In this document: positions 60,169-64,000 of the stretch, piece after piece
Layout: each line of letters opens with the position of its first letter
How positions within the stretch are numbered: the first letter of the stretch is position 1
NCBI GenBank assembly: GCA_951406725.2
Contig: OX597817.1
Location: forward strand, 744,001-808,000
Direction: 5' to 3'
Length of the DNA stretch: 64,000 nt
Source of the DNA: Octopus vulgaris
Lineage: Eukaryota
Notes under the pieces: model-generated
Told to the model about the DNA's origin: nothing
The model's input: only the letters and a program-made list of their open reading frames with translations
The model's database searches: none
Translations under genes and position numbers: made by a program

Positions 60169-60779
60169 GTGAGTGTTCTTTTCTTTGTATATTTTCATCA
60201 ATGTATTATTGTAAATTTTAAATATATTCATTTTTCATTATCTAATTTATGTGAAATTGTTTTGATTAGGTTTGCATTTTGTAAGTTAAAAATTTACTGT
60301 GTGGATTTTTATGTATTTTATAATTAGCTGAAGAATTTAATTACATTCATATTGGAATATAAAGTTTGAGTTTTCTGGTATTCTTGGATAGCTGTCATTG
60401 AATATTTAGGTATTAGTGTTCACAAAGTTTGGTGTTTGTAGATAAAGAGAGTAACATTAGATATGATTACTGATCAATAAAACCTGACCTACAGACGATA
60501 GTATTGAGTCTGGAAAGAAAACCTCTAATACTGATAATTATTTTTGTTGTTAACAACATTGAGGTTATAGGAAGGGCCATTCCCGCTTTACTAAACCATT
60601 AAAAAAAGAGACTCCAGGGCATTATTATATCAGTAAGCTATATGTAATTAATCTTACTGTGAAAATTAGGCCCATGTGAGACTTGTTAAAATATTGTTGA
60701 ATATTATGAAATAAAATTTTTTTTTTTATCAAGTGATAAAATGGGATTGATGGAAATGGTAAAGTAAAATTGAGTTCCT

Positions 60780-60930
60780 TCACTTCATAATGGATTTGTA
60801 TCTTTCCAAGGCTAACTTTACCTTTAATTTCTGTAGGCTAGATAAAATAAATACCAATAAAGTACTGGAGTGTATTAAAACAAACAGCATCCTCTTCCAA
60901 AATTTGTGGCTTTGTGCCAAAAGCAGAATA
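60780..60930 (+). mobile_element. Diverged SINE copy
   Basis: ggctaactttacc..gataaaataaatacc..tggctttgtgcc. Confidence 0.45.
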
Positions 60931-61145
60931 ATTTTTTTAAAGAATTTGTAGTGAACGTTGCTGGAATAGTAGATATAGAACAGCAGACTAAATGTTTTCT
61001 AGTTGGACTTTTGACCCTCTACAATCCTCTGTGAAACAAGAAACAATTTTACATTTGAATATGCTTGAACTAATAAGTTTTCCATTTTGTTTTGAGGAAG
61101 GTCATTCTTCTTTATTTTTCATCTCTCTTTTGTTTTGCGTTGCAG

Positions 61146-61209
61146 AGAGGCTGGAGGTGCTTTCGGGAAACTGGAAGCTGCTCGAGAAGAAGAATTTTTT
61201 AAGCGATTG
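61146..61209 (+). CDS. ATP5IF1: IF1 exon 4 ((R)EAGGAFGKLEAAREEEFFKRL, inhibitory helix)
   Basis: Acceptor ttgcag, donor GTAAGT; signature IATP sequence. Confidence 0.95.
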
Positions 61210-61257
61210 GTAAGTTTGAAAGATTTTAATGTGTGTGTGATTTTGTTTCTTTCACAT

Positions 61258-62537
61258 TCTTTATCTACCAGGGTACTGTTAATTCGGGTAGCTGATCCCT
61301 CAATTGGGTCAACCTTTGGCAGACTCTTCTTCCATTTATTCTCCACATTCAGCAGTCTTTTATAATGGCATCTCCAAGCCTTTTTCTTTGCAGAATCATT
61401 AAAGGCAAGTGCACCATCATCCATGCAAACACATTTCTCTCGTATGACATCATGGTTTTCTCTCACACACTGACTTGCAATCTGAAATACTTCAGTTCTT
61501 TAGTCCTCACATTGCTAGGCCAAAAGGGAAGCTATATACCTAGCTTTCCTTTTGGCCACCTGATACATTCTTCTGCTACCTCCGATCTTCCAGGCCATCA
61601 AGCCTATTTTTTGGTCTAATGACCTTGTCTACAGTATTGTTCCTCCACCATGTTACCCTAGGTGTAGAAGGGACTTAGCACCAAATCTGTGGCACTCAGC
61701 AAGCTGTCTCGGAGGAATTTCCAGCTGCCTTCTATGTCACCGGACTGTAGCTCCTCCTCCCTATCATCAAATTTCTTGGTAGGGATATCCCTAAATCTCT
61801 GACCATGTGAAGAGTTCTTAAGCTTCCAAGTCCTTCTTTTCCAGATTGGTCTGGTTTTTGGCATCCTTTTGGCCTCAAGTCTAAAGTCACTAACGACTAG
61901 TCTAGGCTGGGGGTACATTTTTTGTATTTAAGAGAACCATGCATCCCGCTGTCTGGTAAGAATGAAATCAATCTGGCTAGCGAAGTCACCTGATTGATAG
62001 GTTATCAGGTGGCTAGTTGGCTTCCTGAAGTTGGTGTAGCAGATCAATAGGTTATTTGCAATGCAGAACTCCAGGAGCCTAGTTTCCTCTTCATTTCTGG
62101 TACCAACTACATGGCCCCCATGTACACCATGGAAGATATCAGGTTGCTGTCAGACATGCCCATTAAAATCTCCATCCACAAAGATGAGATCATTGTCAAT
62201 TGTCTTTGAGGTAGCCCGCAGAAGAATATCATAAAAGTGATCCCTCTGTTCATTTGGTAGGCCCGCTTGTGGGGTGTAGGCAGAGATAATTGAAGCTGTA
62301 CCATTCTGCAAGACTAGCCTGAGTTTAAGTACTCTATCGCACACCCTCACTACCTCTATGGCCTTATCCACCCATTTCTCTGCAAGAAGTATGTCCACAC
62401 CCCCTATTCCATCGCTATTACCTTCCCAGAAGAGTTTATACCTATGTGCTTTGCCTGTGAGAACTCTGGCTGAAGCTCCTCTCCACCTTACCTCTTGTAT
62501 GCAACATACATCAACACGTCACCGTTCAAGCATCTCT
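61258..62537 (-). mobile_element. RTE LINE 5' part (AP-endonuclease region), antisense in IF1 intron 4
   Basis: CMQEVRW, RVLKLRLVL..IISAYTPQAG, DGDFNGHV, YPQPRLVVSDF. Confidence 0.88.
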
Positions 62538-62574
62538 TTCTGTTCTTAAAAAAAAAAATCTTTGTATTTGACAG

Positions 62575-62655
62575 GAAAAACAGCAGCTTGCTATGCTGAA
62601 GAAACAAATACATGAAGATATTGACTTTCATGAGAATCAAATTAAGATACATGAG
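62575..62655 (+). CDS. ATP5IF1: IF1 exon 5 (EKQQLAMLKKQIHEDIDFHENQIKIHE, coiled coil); the gene continues downstream
   Basis: Acceptor ttgacag, donor GTAAAC; 81 nt, phase 0/0. Confidence 0.9.
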
Positions 62656-64000
62656 GTAAACAAAATCCTTCTAATATACTTTTTCATTTATCAAATAAAA
62701 TTAAAACTTTTTTCTAGTATTATTTTGTTATTAATATTAATTCTATTTAGTTCCCCTCTTCAAAATGATTGCATTAAAATATCTTTGCATAATTGATGGC
62801 ATACTCTGCGTAGTGATAAGAGCCTATCTTCATATTTTGGTTTCTCTACATATGCAGTTATACCCTGCATTATGGAAACCTTGAGTTCCTTACAGTCTTG
62901 CCATATTGTGAAATTATGTAATTTGAAATGTATTTCCCATTGTCATCCATGTTACATGGAAGTCAATGTGAAATGTTTTGCATTATAGAATTCCACATTA
63001 TGGTAATATTTTCAGAAGCACAATACTTCCATTGTATAGGGGGTGCTTGTATACATTTTATATATGCTACCAAATAGTTCTGTTTTGTTTTCTGTATATA
63101 ACTATATATGACACTTTAGAATAGAGGTCAAATCAAAAGTGTTGATATAATACATTTTTTTGAAAAATGTACTTTCAAAGATACTGCTATTCTTGCAAAA
63201 CGTATGTTTTGATGAACGACGACATACCTGTTTGTAGAAATGTACAACTATTTCTGCTTCTCTCACCTGCATTCTCTATTGCTGTTTTGTTTGAGGAGAA
63301 TGAGTTACAAGTGATATCTTACTCAACAGTATTTGGTATAATGCAAAAAAATAACTGTGGCCAAGAATTTAAATTGGTTGATGGACAGAACCTGCTGCTG
63401 GATGGTTACTTCAGGAAATCTATCTTATTACAGTGGGATTAGGATTACAGTTCAAGTGTTTATATATTAGTTGAATTCTCAAGTTGGTCACATGATAATG
63501 GAGCTCTAGTAATAGATCTTGTAGGAACATTATGCAACACTATCGAGTATATGAATTAATTAGCTCAATATAACAACATTTTAACCTTGCTCTAAAATAT
63601 TTTGGTGGAAGATAACATACAGGTTTAACAACAAACGATTGTAATTTCTATCTAGTTGTGTCTCAGTTAATTGTAATGTAGCCAGAACAATGCACAGTCT
63701 TCAACCAGCCTGCGTATATATTAGTTTCATTCCCAAAATATATATGTAAAAAAAAAAAAAGAGTTGATTCAGATACTGTATTCCTGTTTTGAGAGTTCTT
63801 ACTAAAGTTACTTAATTTATTTAGGAATTGAACTGTTTCTATTACCAAACTGAAGCTGGACAGAACTTAGTTTGAATTGATAGTTTTAGTTGTTGGTCTT
63901 GCATATTCTCTCCTGGTTGTTACTTCTTAATTTAGGTTAAGTATTCACAATCATGTAGAATTAATGTTAAGGCTTGATCAGAAGAGCAATGCTTTCTTAA

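Overview
AT-rich, repeat-dense animal genomic DNA. The RTE LINE and SINE families suggest a coleoid cephalopod, probably Octopus (inference). Three host genes are supported. (1) A minus-strand four-TM claudin/PMP22-superfamily-like gene: coding exons 11504-11021, 7343-7200 and 3527-3157 give 332 aa, with a probable non-coding exon 1 near 20.3 kb. (2) An intronless minus-strand KAT14/CSRP2BP orthologue (828 aa). (3) A plus-strand mitochondrial ATPase inhibitor gene, ATP5IF1, made of five small exons from 52206 to 62655; its last exon was not found and is probably beyond the window. The rest is mostly mobile DNA: at least six long and several short copies of one RTE LINE family, tRNA-derived SINEs, CR1-, R4- and CRE-like remnants, Tc1/mariner, Tigger, hAT, a Helitron and several MITEs. 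The most notable observations are a C4HC3 PHD finger inserted inside the RTE reverse transcriptase, tandem H-type-pseudoknot-like modules in the RTE 3' UTR, a tRNA-headed SINE-like element ending in a decayed hammerhead-like motif, furin sites in the claudin-like loop, and one oriented motif shared by the 5' ends of all three genes.
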